This document shows, in pieces, positions 39,784 through 51,512 of a stretch of DNA of 64,000 bases (position 1 is the stretch's first letter; each line of letters begins with the position of its first letter). The notes under the pieces are model-generated. The model was not told the origin of the DNA. It worked only from the letters and a program-made list of their open reading frames with translations, and did no database searches. Made by a program: the position numbers and the translations under genes. This DNA is from an uncultured Gemmatimonadales bacterium (GTDB taxonomy: Bacteria > Gemmatimonadota > Glassbacteria > GWA2-58-10): NCBI GenBank assembly GCA_964473155.1, contig CAYYNT010000001.1, positions 6,017 to 70,016 of the forward strand. The letters are read 5' to 3'.

Positions 39784-41508
39784 TCACTCGATGATGTCTG
39801 TGGCCATCTTTCCCGGCGGTATCATCGGGAAGACGTTCTCATGACGGTCCACGCGGAAATCGATCATCACCGGCACATTCTTCACCGCCATGGCCTGCTT
39901 CAGCACCGGGACCACGTCATCGTGACGGTCCACGCGCAAGCCGACCGCGCCATAAGCCTCCACCAGCTTCACAAAGTCGGGATTGGTGTATTCCAGACAG
40001 GTATGGCTGTAGCGCTTGTTGAAAAACAGCTCCTGCCATTGACGGACCATGCCCAGAAAACCGTTGTTAACCACGGCCACGATCAGGTTCAGGCGCTGCC
40101 CTACCGCAGTGGAGAATTCCTGTACGTTCATCTGGAATCCCCCGTCCCCCACCACGGCGACCACTTTCTTGTCCGGGTTGGCCAGGGCCGCGCCGATAGC
40201 CGCCGGGAACCCGAATCCCATCGTCCCGAGCCCTCCGGAAGTGATATTGGTGCGCGGCCTGACGAACTTGTAATGCAGGGCCGCCCACATCTGATGCTGA
40301 CCAACGTCCGTCACCAGGATAGTATCATCGCCGCAGACCTCATGTATCGCCTCGATCACGTATTGCGGCTTTATCTTGTCGCTTTTGCTGTATTTCAGCG
40401 GGTGCGATTGCTTCCAGTGCTCTATCAGCTTCACCCAGTCCTCTGTCGGAGCGGGCTGGACCAGCTTCTCCAATTCGGTCAGCACCTTGCGGCAGTCGCC
40501 CACGATAGGATAATCGACCTTGATACTCTTGCTGATCGAGGCCGGATCGACATCGATATGCATAACCTCGGCCTTGGGCGCGAAAGCATCCACCTTGCCG
40601 GTCACCCGGTCATCGAAACGCGAACCCACCGCAATGAGCAGGTCGCATTCGTTCACCGCCATGTTGGCGTACCATGTGCCGTGCATTCCCAGCATGCCCA
40701 AGGACAGAGGATCTGTCTCCGGGAACGCGCCAAGGCCTAACAGGGTTGTGGTGACCGGAATGCGGGTCTTGCGCGCCAGACGGGTCAGTTCCTCAGAGGC
40801 GTCCGAGAGAATGCAACCGCCGCCCACGTACAGGACCGGACGCTGCGCCTGGGCCATCACCTCGGCCGCTTTGCGTATCTGCTGGCTGTGGCCGTACTCG
40901 GTGGGCTTGTAGCCCCGGATGTTGGCCTTTTCAGGATAAATGAACTCGGTCTCGGAAAGAAGGACATCCTTCGGGACATCCACCAGCACGGGGCCGGGAC
41001 GGCCCGAGGCGGCCAGATAAAACGCCTCCTTGAAAGTGGCGGCCAGGTCCCTGACATCCCGCACCAGGTAATTGTGCTTGGTGATCGGGCGGGTTATACC
41101 GACTATGTCCACTTCCTGGAAGGCGTCGTTGCCGATCGCCGCGGTGGCCACCTGGCCGGTGATGCAGACCACGGGGATGGAGTCCATGTAGCTGGTGGCG
41201 ATACCGGTGACCAGGTTGGTGGCGCCCGGGCCGCTGGTGGCCAGGCATACCCCCACCCGTCCGCTCGAACGCGCGTAACCGTCCGCCATGTGCGCCGCGC
41301 CCTGTTCGTGACGGGTCAGGACCAGCTTGGGACGGCTGTAATTATAAAGTTTGTCGAATACCGGGATAACCACTCCTCCCGGATACCCGAAAACATAGTC
41401 CACCTTCTCTTCGATCAGGCAGCGGACCAGTATGTCGCTGCCGACAAGGCGTTCCACTCGTTTGGAAGCCGTTGCCGCAGCCGGTTCCTCTTCTGTCATC
41501 AGTTGCAT
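39784..41508 (-). CDS. ilvB: Acetolactate synthase large subunit (ThDP-dependent)
   Basis: 574 aa. ThDP-binding GDG...NN motif (VGDGGFQMN...VNNGFLGMV). FAD-binding central domain. Confidence 0.92.
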   Translation of the reverse strand: MQLMTEEEPAAATASKRVERLVGSDILVRCLIEEKVDYVFGYPGGVVIPVFDKLYNYSRPKLVLTRHEQGAAHMADGYARSSGRVGVCLATSGPGATNLVTGIATSYMDSIPVVCITGQVATAAIGNDAFQEVDIVGITRPITKHNYLVRDVRDLAATFKEAFYLAASGRPGPVLVDVPKDVLLSETEFIYPEKANIRGYKPTEYGHSQQIRKAAEVMAQAQRPVLYVGGGCILSDASEELTRLARKTRIPVTTTLLGLGAFPETDPLSLGMLGMHGTWYANMAVNECDLLIAVGSRFDDRVTGKVDAFAPKAEVMHIDVDPASISKSIKVDYPIVGDCRKVLTELEKLVQPAPTEDWVKLIEHWKQSHPLKYSKSDKIKPQYVIEAIHEVCGDDTILVTDVGQHQMWAALHYKFVRPRTNITSGGLGTMGFGFPAAIGAALANPDKKVVAVVGDGGFQMNVQEFSTAVGQRLNLIVAVVNNGFLGMVRQWQELFFNKRYSHTCLEYTNPDFVKLVEAYGAVGLRVDRHDDVVPVLKQAMAVKNVPVMIDFRVDRHENVFPMIPPGKMATDIIE

Positions 41509-41697
41509 TCTTCATCTCCCCCATCAGGTGGTGAGGTTGAGCCCGGACCGATGTGCCGTATGCCGCGGGTATGTGCGGACGGCCGCATCTGCTCGCTCGG
41601 AGCCGGACCGGGAATTAACATGATTTATTCTGTCGCCTGGTGCTGCCGGTACATCAACGGGTGAAACATGAACTCACCCGGCTATCAATTTCTGCCC

Positions 41698-43356
41698 TCA
41701 GTCGTTCGGAAAAACCGCGCCGGTATTGGCCGAGGTGACCTGGGCCGCATAACGCCTCAGCCATCCGCGGCTGAACTTTCCTTCCGGGGCCTTCCATTCC
41801 GCGCGGCGGCGTTCCAGGTCAGCCGGTTCCACATGCAGGTCGAGCCTGCGCTCCGCGATGTCGATACTGATCCTGTCCCCGTCCTTCACCAGCGCTATCG
41901 GCCCTCCCACCGCCGCCTCGGGCGCCACGTGCCCTATGCACGGTCCACGGGTGCCTCCCGAAAAGCGGCCATCCGTTATCAGAGCCACGCCGCTGGTGAG
42001 TCCCGCACCGGTCAGGGCCGCGGTCGGACCAAGCATCTCGCGCATACCGGGGCCGCCCTTGGGTCCCTCGTAGCGCACGACCAGCACTTCGCCGGTCTTG
42101 ACTTTCTTTTCCATTATCGCTTTCATGCAGGCTTCTTCGCTGTCAAAACAGCGGGCCGTGCCCGTGAACTTGCGCATGTCCTTCTCCACCGCGCTCTGCT
42201 TGACCACCGAGCCATCCGGGGCCAGGCTGCCCGACAGCACTGCCAGTCCGCCCTCGGCATGGATCGGATTGTCCAGCGGGCGGATGACATCGGCCACGGC
42301 CACCACGCCGCGGCGGGCGGTCTCGGAGACCGGCCAGCCGTTGACCGTGGGCGAGTCCTGGAGAAAGCCGGCCAGACGGTTCAGCACGGCGGGCACTCCA
42401 CCCGCGTACTCAAGGTCCTCGATGAAATACTCCCCGCCGGGTCGCAGGCTGGTCAGGTGCGGTATCCGGCGGCTGATCTGATCAAACACTTCCAGAGGCA
42501 GCGGCACGCCAGCGCTGTGCGCGATTGCCAGAAGGTGAAGGACGCTGTTGGTAGAGCCCCCCAGGGCCAGGTCCAGGCAGATCGCGTTTTCGAACGCGGC
42601 GCGGGTAAGAATCTTTCGCGCGTTAAGTCCCTCGCGCACCATCTCGACTGCCCGATAGCCGCTGTCGAACGCCAGGCGGCGCTTCTTCGCGCTGGCGGAC
42701 ATGGCGGTGCCGCAGCCGAACAGGCTCATGCCCAGGGCTTCGGTCAGACAAGCCATTGTATTGGCCGTGTAAAGCCCGGCGCAGGAGCCGCTGCCGGGAC
42801 AAGCCTCAAGTTCGAACTGGTGCAGGCGGTTTTCGTCTATCTTGCCTGCCATGCAGCTTCCGACCGCCTCGAACGTGTCGCGCACCAGATCGAGCCTGCG
42901 CCCCTCGAAACTGCCGCTGTGCATCGGACCGGCGGTCAGAACCACGCAGGGGATGTCCAGACGGGCGGCGGCCATCAGCATACCGGGGGTGATTTTGTCG
43001 CAGTCGGTCAACAGCACCAGAGCGTCAAGGGCGTGAGCCATGGTCACGGTCTCGACGCAGTCGGCGATCAGTTCGCGGCTGGGCAGAGAGAAACTCATCC
43101 CTCGGTGCCCCATCGCAATCCCGTCGCATACCGCCGGCACGCCGAAAATGAACGCCGAACCGCCCGCGCTGTGCACGCCTTTCTCGATGAAACGCTCCAG
43201 GGAGCGCATCTCGATATGGCCGGGAACCAGATCGCTGAAACTGGAGCAGATTCCGATAAAAGGCTGCTCGAGCTGCCTTCTGGTCACTCCGGTGGCATGG
43301 AGCAATGCCCGGTGCGGAGCGCGTTCGATACCTTGCTTGACTGAATCGCTTCTCAT
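41698..43356 (-). CDS. ilvD: Dihydroxy-acid dehydratase
   Basis: 552 aa. ILVD/EDD family signatures (CDKITPG, Fe-S Cys ligands, SGGT...GPC). Confidence 0.92.
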   Translation of the reverse strand: MRSDSVKQGIERAPHRALLHATGVTRRQLEQPFIGICSSFSDLVPGHIEMRSLERFIEKGVHSAGGSAFIFGVPAVCDGIAMGHRGMSFSLPSRELIADCVETVTMAHALDALVLLTDCDKITPGMLMAAARLDIPCVVLTAGPMHSGSFEGRRLDLVRDTFEAVGSCMAGKIDENRLHQFELEACPGSGSCAGLYTANTMACLTEALGMSLFGCGTAMSASAKKRRLAFDSGYRAVEMVREGLNARKILTRAAFENAICLDLALGGSTNSVLHLLAIAHSAGVPLPLEVFDQISRRIPHLTSLRPGGEYFIEDLEYAGGVPAVLNRLAGFLQDSPTVNGWPVSETARRGVVAVADVIRPLDNPIHAEGGLAVLSGSLAPDGSVVKQSAVEKDMRKFTGTARCFDSEEACMKAIMEKKVKTGEVLVVRYEGPKGGPGMREMLGPTAALTGAGLTSGVALITDGRFSGGTRGPCIGHVAPEAAVGGPIALVKDGDRISIDIAERRLDLHVEPADLERRRAEWKAPEGKFSRGWLRRYAAQVTSANTGAVFPND

Positions 43357-43491
43357 TTTAAGGTCTTCCTCTCTCTCCGGGATTCAAAATTACATAAACT
43401 GCGTCCGGATTTTCCGGGCCCGTATTCCCAGGAGCGGTTCTCTGTTGCTTGGTTTTTGAAGATTCGAAATCTGATCCGGGGAACGGGCTGT

Positions 43492-43659
43492 CGATTTACC
43501 GACTCAAGGCGCGTATAATGCTGCCTACACCGTTCCCCTCTACAAGGGGCAGAATAATAATCAACAAACCGAGGATAATCAACGCGGAGGAAATGAAGGC
43601 GCCGGCAGCGCCGGATAGGCCGGTCTGCATCGGGAATTGAAAAGAATATCCGGACTGCA
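43492..43659 (-). CDS. Candidate ilv operon leader peptide (transcription-attenuation type)
   Basis: 54-codon minus-strand ORF, too short for the supplied track: MQSGYSFQFPMQTGLSGAAGAFISSALIILGLLIIILPLVEGNGVGSIIRALSR. A run of 15 residues contains 12 Ile/Leu/Val. It sits 135 nt upstream of ilvD and is followed by alternative CCGGAT/ATCCGG pairings and a weak hairpin plus T-rich tract. Confidence 0.4.
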
Positions 43660-44080
43660 TGGCTGACATCGCACTATTCCCTTCGAATTAACTCCGCGGC
43701 TCTGCTGGCCGCGGACGGCAAATTTGCCTCGCCGTAACTATAATACGCCGGGTAGATTAGAATTTGTTTAGTATAAAAACAGCTCTTCCGTTTGTCAAGC
43801 CATTTCTGTATTCATTAATCCATATTCAAACGGCTTTATTATAAATCTGGAATAAAACTCCGAACATACTCAAACAAGCGACCATATTCCGGATATATGA
43901 GCTAAGCAATTGCGCTCTGGAAAAAGCCTGAAAAGAAACATGTCTCATCAGGACAGGAAGCCCAAAGTTATTGACCTGAACAGCCGAATTCCGTATATTC
44001 TGGTCATTTGCCGAAGGATTTGGCCGCATCGGCCGCCGCAATGTCATCGATGCGGGAACGCAAAACGAAAGAATAAATTA

Positions 44081-45331
44081 ATGGCCAGAGCCAAGAGACA
44101 AAGCAAAAAAGCCGTGCTGGTGATCGAGGACGGGCGCACGTTCCAGGGCAGCTCTTTCGGGGCGGAGGGCGAGACTGCCGGCGAGGTTGTTTTCAACACC
44201 AGCATGACCGGCTATCAGGAGATACTTTTCGATCCCTCCTACCGCGGACAGATTGTCACCATGACCTATCCGCACATAGGCAACACGGGAATCAACCTGA
44301 GCGACCTGGAGAGCGGCCGCATCCAGGCGGCCGGGTTCGTGGCCCGCGAGTACGTGGATGCCTATTCCAACTGGAGAGCCACCGCCAGCCTGGACGAGAT
44401 GATGCGCGAACAGGCTGTCGTCGGAATAGAGGGAATCGACACCCGCGCACTGACCCTTCATATCCGTGAAAAGGGAGCGATGAAGGGAATAATCTCCACG
44501 GTGGACTTCAATTACGAATCCCTGATGAACAAGCTGTACAAAGCTCCGGGGATGATCGGGCGCGATCTGGTGCGCGATGTCACCACACCGAAAAGCTACA
44601 TTTTCAAACCCGGACAGGAACCGGAATCGGCTGTGGACTATTACACCTATACTCAGGACACGCCGGAAAACCTGGCCGCCTGGAAACCGGATGACAACCC
44701 GGATGGCAAGCATTACATAGTCGCCATGGACTGCGGGATCAAGCTCAACATGTTGCGCATTTTCTCCTTTTTCAACTGCGTGGTGCTGGCCGTTCCCGCC
44801 ACTTACGGAGCAGCGGAGATACTGAGCCTGAATCCGGACGGCCTGTTCCTGTCGAACGGCCCGGGCGACCCGGAAAGCCTGACTTATGTGATCAAGACCG
44901 TGAAGGACATCCTCAGGCTGCGCCCGGAACTGCCGGTTTTCGGCATCTGCCTGGGACATCAGATACAGGCCTGGGCTTTCGGCGGCAAGACCTACAAGCT
45001 GAAATTCGGTCATCGTGGAGCCAATCACCCGGTGCTCGACCTCGCAACCGGAAAGATAGAAATAACCACGCAGAACCACGGTTTCGCCGTAGCCGGTAAT
45101 AAGAACTCCCTGGGCGTCTGGGAAATCGAAGGCTGCCCGGACCTCGAGGTCACGCATGTCAACCTGAACGACAACACCATCGAGGGGTTCCGTCATAAAA
45201 CCCTGCCGGTGTTCTCGGTGCAGTATCATCCCGAATCAAGCCCCGGACCGCACGACAGTTGGAGTCTGTTCCGCCGGTTTATCGGTCTGATCGAGCAGCA
45301 GAAACAATCCGAGGTGCAGGCGGCCGGATGA
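44081..45331 (+). CDS. carA: Carbamoyl-phosphate synthase small (glutaminase) subunit
   Basis: ATG checked at 44081 (MARAKRQSKKAVLVIEDGRTFQG...). Class I GATase triad region GICLGHQ. Confidence 0.9.
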   Translation: MARAKRQSKKAVLVIEDGRTFQGSSFGAEGETAGEVVFNTSMTGYQEILFDPSYRGQIVTMTYPHIGNTGINLSDLESGRIQAAGFVAREYVDAYSNWRATASLDEMMREQAVVGIEGIDTRALTLHIREKGAMKGIISTVDFNYESLMNKLYKAPGMIGRDLVRDVTTPKSYIFKPGQEPESAVDYYTYTQDTPENLAAWKPDDNPDGKHYIVAMDCGIKLNMLRIFSFFNCVVLAVPATYGAAEILSLNPDGLFLSNGPGDPESLTYVIKTVKDILRLRPELPVFGICLGHQIQAWAFGGKTYKLKFGHRGANHPVLDLATGKIEITTQNHGFAVAGNKNSLGVWEIEGCPDLEVTHVNLNDNTIEGFRHKTLPVFSVQYHPESSPGPHDSWSLFRRFIGLIEQQKQSEVQAAG

Positions 45332-45362
45332 GCCTGGCCTCTCCGCACAAGGAGCGCCTGAA

Positions 45363-46253
45363 TTGACTACCAGACAGAAATGGCTCCTCGGTGTTTTCCT
45401 CGCCCTTTTCATTGTGGCGGGCGGCGTGATTTTTATCTCCGCCATGGCCGCGCTGTTAGCTCCCGGCGGTTTCGAGCTGAACGAATCGTTCGGCAAACGG
45501 GTCGGGGTGCTGGAACTGAATGGAGTTATAGAGGACTCACAGCCGTTCATCCGCCAGCTTCGCTCATATAAGGAGGACGACGGCGTGCAGGCAGTCGTGG
45601 TGCGGGTCGAAAGCCCCGGCGGAGCGGTGGCGCCGAGCCAGGAGATCTACCAGGCCCTGGCCGCCCTGCGCAAGGATAAACCTGTCGTGGTTTCAATGGG
45701 GGCTGTGGCGGCTTCCGGCGGTTATTACGCGGCTTGCGGCGCTGACTCGGTAGTCGCATCGCCCGGCACGCTCACCGGCTCGATTGGAGTGATACTCGAA
45801 TTCCCGGAGCTGGAGGAAGTGCTGAAAAAAGTCGGGATCCGCTTCGAAGTGGTCAAGAGCGGCGCGCACAAGGATATCGGCTCTCCATTCCGCCCGATGA
45901 CAGAGGAGGAGCGCCGGATCATGCAGGCCATGGTGGATGATGTCTACGAGCAGTTTGTCGAGGTGGTGAGCTCCGAGCGGAACCTGGACCCTGACACGGT
46001 GCGCGCGCTGGCGGATGGACGTGTTTTCAGCGGCCGCCAGGCCCTCCAACTCGGGCTGGTGGATGCCAACGGGTCGCTGCAGGATGCGGTCGACATGGCC
46101 GGACGGATGTGCGGCCTGGGCGACAATCCGCGTACAACCCGCCCCAGGAAAACGCGCACCTCGCTGATCGATATGCTGACCGAAACCGCAACAGTGCTGA
46201 AAGACCCGATGGCTGCGGCCGGATCGCCGCGGATGATGTACATATTCCGTTGA
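45363..46253 (+). CDS. sppA: Signal peptide peptidase SppA (36K type, S49 family)
   Basis: 296 aa. N-terminal TM segment. Motif MGAVAASGGYYAACGAD (catalytic Ser) plus Lys dyad region. Confidence 0.85.
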   Translation: MTTRQKWLLGVFLALFIVAGGVIFISAMAALLAPGGFELNESFGKRVGVLELNGVIEDSQPFIRQLRSYKEDDGVQAVVVRVESPGGAVAPSQEIYQALAALRKDKPVVVSMGAVAASGGYYAACGADSVVASPGTLTGSIGVILEFPELEEVLKKVGIRFEVVKSGAHKDIGSPFRPMTEEERRIMQAMVDDVYEQFVEVVSSERNLDPDTVRALADGRVFSGRQALQLGLVDANGSLQDAVDMAGRMCGLGDNPRTTRPRKTRTSLIDMLTETATVLKDPMAAAGSPRMMYIFR

Positions 46254-46337
46254 ACGGGCTGTCAGTATAATTCTATCTTTCAAACGAAGAAGCAAATTCC
46301 GGCCGGAGAGATTCGCCTGTACGTCCCGGCCTGTTGA

Positions 46338-47660
<1,323 letters not shown>

Positions 47661-47702
47661 CCGTAAGCCGGGATATTCCCGGACGACCGAGGTGCTGAGT
47701 TA

Positions 47703-48035
47703 ATGCCCGATGGACCCGGAAAAGGCAGGCGGGTGCTGATTATTCTGGCGGCATCCGCCATTCTGGTGCTGCTGCTCCTTTTCTGGGGAGAGTACGATCT
47801 TGTCACACTCTGGGGCCTGAACAAACAGCGCAGGGAATTGATCGGGCAGGTCGAGCAGCTAAAAGTCGAAAACCAGGGCCTGATCGACCAGATGCAGGGT
47901 TTGCAGGACAACCCGGAAGTGATAGAAAAAATCGCTCGTGAGAACCTGGGCATGGCTCGCAAGGGAGAAACGGTGTACCGCATTTTGCCGGTTGACCGTG
48001 ACACGCTGCCCGATTCGCTGAAAATCCGGGAATGA
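47703..48035 (+). CDS. ftsB: Cell division protein FtsB/DivIC (septum formation initiator)
   Basis: 110 aa. N-terminal TM segment then a coiled coil (LKVENQGLIDQMQGLQDNPEVIEKIARENLGMARKGETVY). Confidence 0.8.
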   Translation: MPDGPGKGRRVLIILAASAILVLLLLFWGEYDLVTLWGLNKQRRELIGQVEQLKVENQGLIDQMQGLQDNPEVIEKIARENLGMARKGETVYRILPVDRDTLPDSLKIRE

Positions 48036-48076
48036 GTTATTCAGTTGTCACTTAGCTCTTCTGTTTCAAATAAAGC

Positions 48077-48105
48077 TTGACAAACAACAGGTTGTTGGTT
48101 AAAAT
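48077..48105 (+). promoter_or_regulatory. Consensus sigma70-type promoter for tRNA-Met
   Basis: TTGACA (48077-48082), 17-nt spacer, TAAAAT (48100-48105). The tRNA 5' end is 12 nt downstream. Confidence 0.7.
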
Positions 48106-48117
48106 CAGTCGAAATGA

Positions 48118-48194
<77 letters not shown>

Positions 48195-48199
48195 TTTTG

Positions 48200-48258
48200 T
48201 AAAAAGGGATCTCGCCGCTTTAGTGATATAGAGCGGAAAGGTCCCTTTTGTTTTTATT
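48200..48258 (+). terminator. Rho-independent terminator after tRNA-Met
   Basis: AAAGGGAtctcgCCGCTtt...AGCGGaaaggTCCCTTT long hairpin followed by TGTTTTTATTT. Confidence 0.7.
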
Positions 48259-48483
48259 TCAGACCTGTTTATGGAAATCCGGCAGTTGTATGAAATAAAG
48301 CGGCAGGTGTGCGTTTTCGCACTCTTATTTTTGATTTTTTTAAGCACCCGTTCAAGCTTCTTCTCGATTTGCCGATATTTAATGCAGTTATGGAATTGTT
48401 CCAGAATGGTACAATTCTTGTAATAGTAAAGGCGTTTGGCAATTTCATACTCAGAACGCTATCACCTTTGGATGGTGTTGACA

Positions 48484-48816
48484 ATGGGAAAATCCAGGAT
48501 TAAAACCAGGACTTCTTATTTCGTGGTTACACCGGAGGGAAAGCTGAAAAAGCTCAACCCTCTGCTTCTGGGGACAATTCTTGTGTTCCTGCTGATCTCC
48601 GGGGTGATAGTTTCCGACCGATGCTATGTACTCAATCGGCAGCTTATTGCCGAACGGGTGGAAATCAGCTCCGGTTTGCTCAAAATGAATTCTGAACGCA
48701 GCAAACTGGGCAGCGCGCTGCAAATATGCGAAGAAAAAATGACCAAGATCAACGATCTGCTTTCTTTCGACACGGACAAGGAAAACAAGGCACAGGCAGG
48801 TAAAGCAGATGAATAA
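48484..48816 (+). CDS. Hypothetical membrane-anchored coiled-coil protein (possible EnvC/FtsX-associated partner)
   Basis: Internal start MGKSRIKTR... One TM helix (LLLGTILVFLLISGVIV) then a coiled coil. Overlaps the start of the M23 peptidase gene. Confidence 0.4.
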   Translation: MGKSRIKTRTSYFVVTPEGKLKKLNPLLLGTILVFLLISGVIVSDRCYVLNRQLIAERVEISSGLLKMNSERSKLGSALQICEEKMTKINDLLSFDTDKENKAQAGKADE

Positions 48817-49753
48817 CAAAAAGATGACATTGATGATTTTCTATCCCGATGGAGGCTCCAGAACCATCCCGTTCAATTTATCCGCTCTGTTAAAAGGTTC
48901 GGCAGCATTGATAGCTGCGTTTATTGCCGCCATTCTGATCCTGACCGGCTACAACGCCTACAGTCTCTTCTCGGTGAAAAAGCAATATGCCAGTTCCTCC
49001 GAGAGCCTCACCTCCGAAAAAAGAACCGTTTGCGAAAGGCTGAAAAAACTCGAGGATTTCGAGGAAAAGATATCTTACTATCTGGGAGGAGCGCTCACTG
49101 ATAAGGAAGGGGTCACTGTCGCCCTGGATCAGAATAATTACTCCGGCGGTCTTGGCAGTGGCGATGATACTGAATTCGACAGCGTGGGTATGGTCGAAAT
49201 TCCGCCGGCTCCGGTCATCCCGGAGAGCCAGGAGGAGGAAAAAACGGGCCTCCCGGACAGCTTCAATATCGATCTGCGCGTTGAAATGCTTCGTGACCGT
49301 CTGACTGAACTGGCTGTCCTGGCCGTCAAGGAGAAAACCCGTCTCGACCTTTCTCCTTCTATTTCACCCTCAACCGGCTATATAACGAGCTATTACGGCT
49401 GGCGCCGTTCCCCGTTCACCGGCCGCCGAGACATGCACCGCGGAATCGACATAGTCAACCGCATAGGCACTCCGGTCAAAGCCACGGCAAACGGTACAAT
49501 TTCTTTCGCCGGCAAGGAAGTTTTCTGGGGTAATGCTGTTTTTATCGAGCACAGGGACGGGATCGTATCAAAATACGGGCACATGAGTTCACTCAACGTA
49601 AAAGAGGGTGACCATGTAACCCGCGGCCAGGTGATCGGGTTCATCGGCATGACCGGCCGGACCACCGGCCCGCACGTGCATTACCAGATCGAGATCAATG
49701 GAAATCCGATCAATCCGATGCAGTTCATCATCGATGAGTCGGATATAAACTGA
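48809..49753 (+). CDS. M23 family metallopeptidase (LytM domain) with N-terminal TM and coiled coil
   Basis: 314 aa. LytM motifs HRGIDIV...G.PV.A...G and GHMS...V..G..V..G..IGF.G.TG.TTGPHVHYQI (HxxxD / HxH). Confidence 0.85.
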   Translation: MNNKKMTLMIFYPDGGSRTIPFNLSALLKGSAALIAAFIAAILILTGYNAYSLFSVKKQYASSSESLTSEKRTVCERLKKLEDFEEKISYYLGGALTDKEGVTVALDQNNYSGGLGSGDDTEFDSVGMVEIPPAPVIPESQEEEKTGLPDSFNIDLRVEMLRDRLTELAVLAVKEKTRLDLSPSISPSTGYITSYYGWRRSPFTGRRDMHRGIDIVNRIGTPVKATANGTISFAGKEVFWGNAVFIEHRDGIVSKYGHMSSLNVKEGDHVTRGQVIGFIGMTGRTTGPHVHYQIEINGNPINPMQFIIDESDIN

Positions 49754-49780
49754 AATAATTATCATGCTGTTGATACAATA

Positions 49781-49815
49781 AACGCCGCTTCCTGATGGAG
49801 CGGCGTTTTCTTTAA
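49781..49815 (+). terminator. Rho-independent terminator after the M23 peptidase gene
   Basis: AACGCCGCTtcctgatggAGCGGCGTT followed by TTCTTT. Confidence 0.7.
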
Positions 49816-49925
49816 CCATCACCGCAACTTCATTCCCTCGGGACTATAAACGTCCGGTCAGCTTCGATCTTTGCGGCGTCAGATCGTTCTGCAACGGCAG
49901 GCCAGATAATCCATGCAAATAAAAA

Positions 49926-49958
49926 GGGGCACGCTGCGCGTGCCCCGCAAAAACCTAT
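49926..49958 (-). terminator. Rho-independent terminator after rseP
   Basis: On the minus strand, GGGGCACGCgcaGCGTGCCCC is followed by TTTTTATTTG. Confidence 0.7.
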
Positions 49959-49990
49959 CAAATCGACGCCTGCCGTCTGTCATCTCTTTC

Positions 49991-51394
49991 CTACAACCCC
50001 AGCACCCGCCCGATATCGTTGGCCGTGGCGAACACCATCAGCGCCAGAACGATCACCAGCCCCACCTGGATCAGGCGCATGCGTTGCTTGGCCGAAAGCG
50101 GACGGCCGAAACGCACCGCCTCGATGGCCAGGAACAGCAGGTGACCGCCGTCCAGAACAGGGATGGGCAGAAGGTTCAACAGGCCAAGGTTTATACTCAG
50201 GATGGCGATGAAAGGCCACAATTCCCCAGCGCGCGCCGACTCTCCAGCCATCTGCCCGATTATCACCGGCCCGCCCAGGAAATCCCTGGCCTCGCGCACC
50301 GGTATCTCACGCCGTAAAAGTCCGCCGACAAGGCCGGTAAGGCTGCGCACGATATAGACCGTGGCATACGCCGTGCTGTTCACGCCGCCGGTTACGGCCT
50401 CAACCAGCGACATGTCCAGCCGCTGCCCGGGCGATGGAGGGCGGATGCCGATCAGCCCGACTTCCTTGAGGTTGTTGCCCTCTCCGGGCAGACGGCTTTT
50501 TTCCGGGGTGATCGTGAAAGTCAGCGGCTGGGCCGCGCCCTCCCGTCGGACTTCCAGGGAAAGGGCCACACCCGGACTGTTATGGATTATCCGGGTCATT
50601 TCCTGCCAACTTTGTATCGGCTTCCCGTCGATACTGATTACACGGTCCCCGCGCTGTATTCCAACCTCGGCCGCGGGTTTTCCCGGCACGGTCCCGCCGA
50701 CTTCCGGTTCGATCATGGGCTGAAGCGCCATAGCCAGTCGCGTCCGAAGTGAATCAGCCGGAGCGCTGACAGTCACCGAGTAGTTTCCGGCGCCGTTCGG
50801 GTGGACCAGATCGAACTGGATACCAGCGCCTTTCGCTTTGCCTACCGCTTCCAGTATGTCATTCCAGTTGCCGACTTCCTTGCCGTCCACCCGCGCCGCC
50901 CGGCTGTACGGCTCGATCTGTTCAAGCCCAGGCAGTGGCGGCAGGCTGGAAACCTCGGCGATGACAGTAGTACCGTAAGTCTCGGCGCCCTGGAAATACA
51001 GGATGCAGACATAAATGCAGGCCGCCAGGATCATGTTCATCAGCGGACCGGCCACAATCACAAGAAAACGAGCTGGAAGGCTTTTGCTGCTGAAACGGCG
51101 CGCCGGGTCGATCTTTATCCCGGTTTCCTCCTCAAGAGTTTGTTCATCCTCCCCGGCGCCCTCGAGCGATTCCACAGGGTCATCACCCACCATCTTCACA
51201 TACCCGCCGAACGGAATGGCCGAGAGGGCGTATTCGGTCTCACCGCGCCGGAACGCGAAAAGCGGTTTGCCCAGCCCGATTGAAAAACGGAGCACTTGCA
51301 CGCCCACAGCCTTGGCCGCCAGGAAATGCCCCAGCTCGTGGACGAAAATGCAGACCCCGAGAACGAAAACGGTGACCAATATCGTAACCAGCAT
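49991..51394 (-). CDS. rseP: RIP zinc metalloprotease RseP (site-2 protease) with PDZ domains
   Basis: 467 aa. HELGH zinc motif in TM1 (FVHELGHFLAAK). PDZ region. LDGG motif near the C-terminus. Confidence 0.9.
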   Translation of the reverse strand: MLVTILVTVFVLGVCIFVHELGHFLAAKAVGVQVLRFSIGLGKPLFAFRRGETEYALSAIPFGGYVKMVGDDPVESLEGAGEDEQTLEEETGIKIDPARRFSSKSLPARFLVIVAGPLMNMILAACIYVCILYFQGAETYGTTVIAEVSSLPPLPGLEQIEPYSRAARVDGKEVGNWNDILEAVGKAKGAGIQFDLVHPNGAGNYSVTVSAPADSLRTRLAMALQPMIEPEVGGTVPGKPAAEVGIQRGDRVISIDGKPIQSWQEMTRIIHNSPGVALSLEVRREGAAQPLTFTITPEKSRLPGEGNNLKEVGLIGIRPPSPGQRLDMSLVEAVTGGVNSTAYATVYIVRSLTGLVGGLLRREIPVREARDFLGGPVIIGQMAGESARAGELWPFIAILSINLGLLNLLPIPVLDGGHLLFLAIEAVRFGRPLSAKQRMRLIQVGLVIVLALMVFATANDIGRVLGL

Positions 51395-51512
51395 CTGATG
51401 CGCTTCCTTTCACAGTTATTATTTCCTGCAACGGGATGACATCTGCCAAAGTCAACCCGATAGACATGCTGCTATATTATACTCTTTTCAGGCTGCAAAA
51501 TCCAAGCCGGGA

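Noticed and set aside
43449-43640. 63-aa plus-strand ORF in the ilvD-carA intergenic region
   Set aside because: It overlaps the better-supported minus-strand leader-peptide ORF and has no RBS. It is treated as non-coding; only one of the two can be real.
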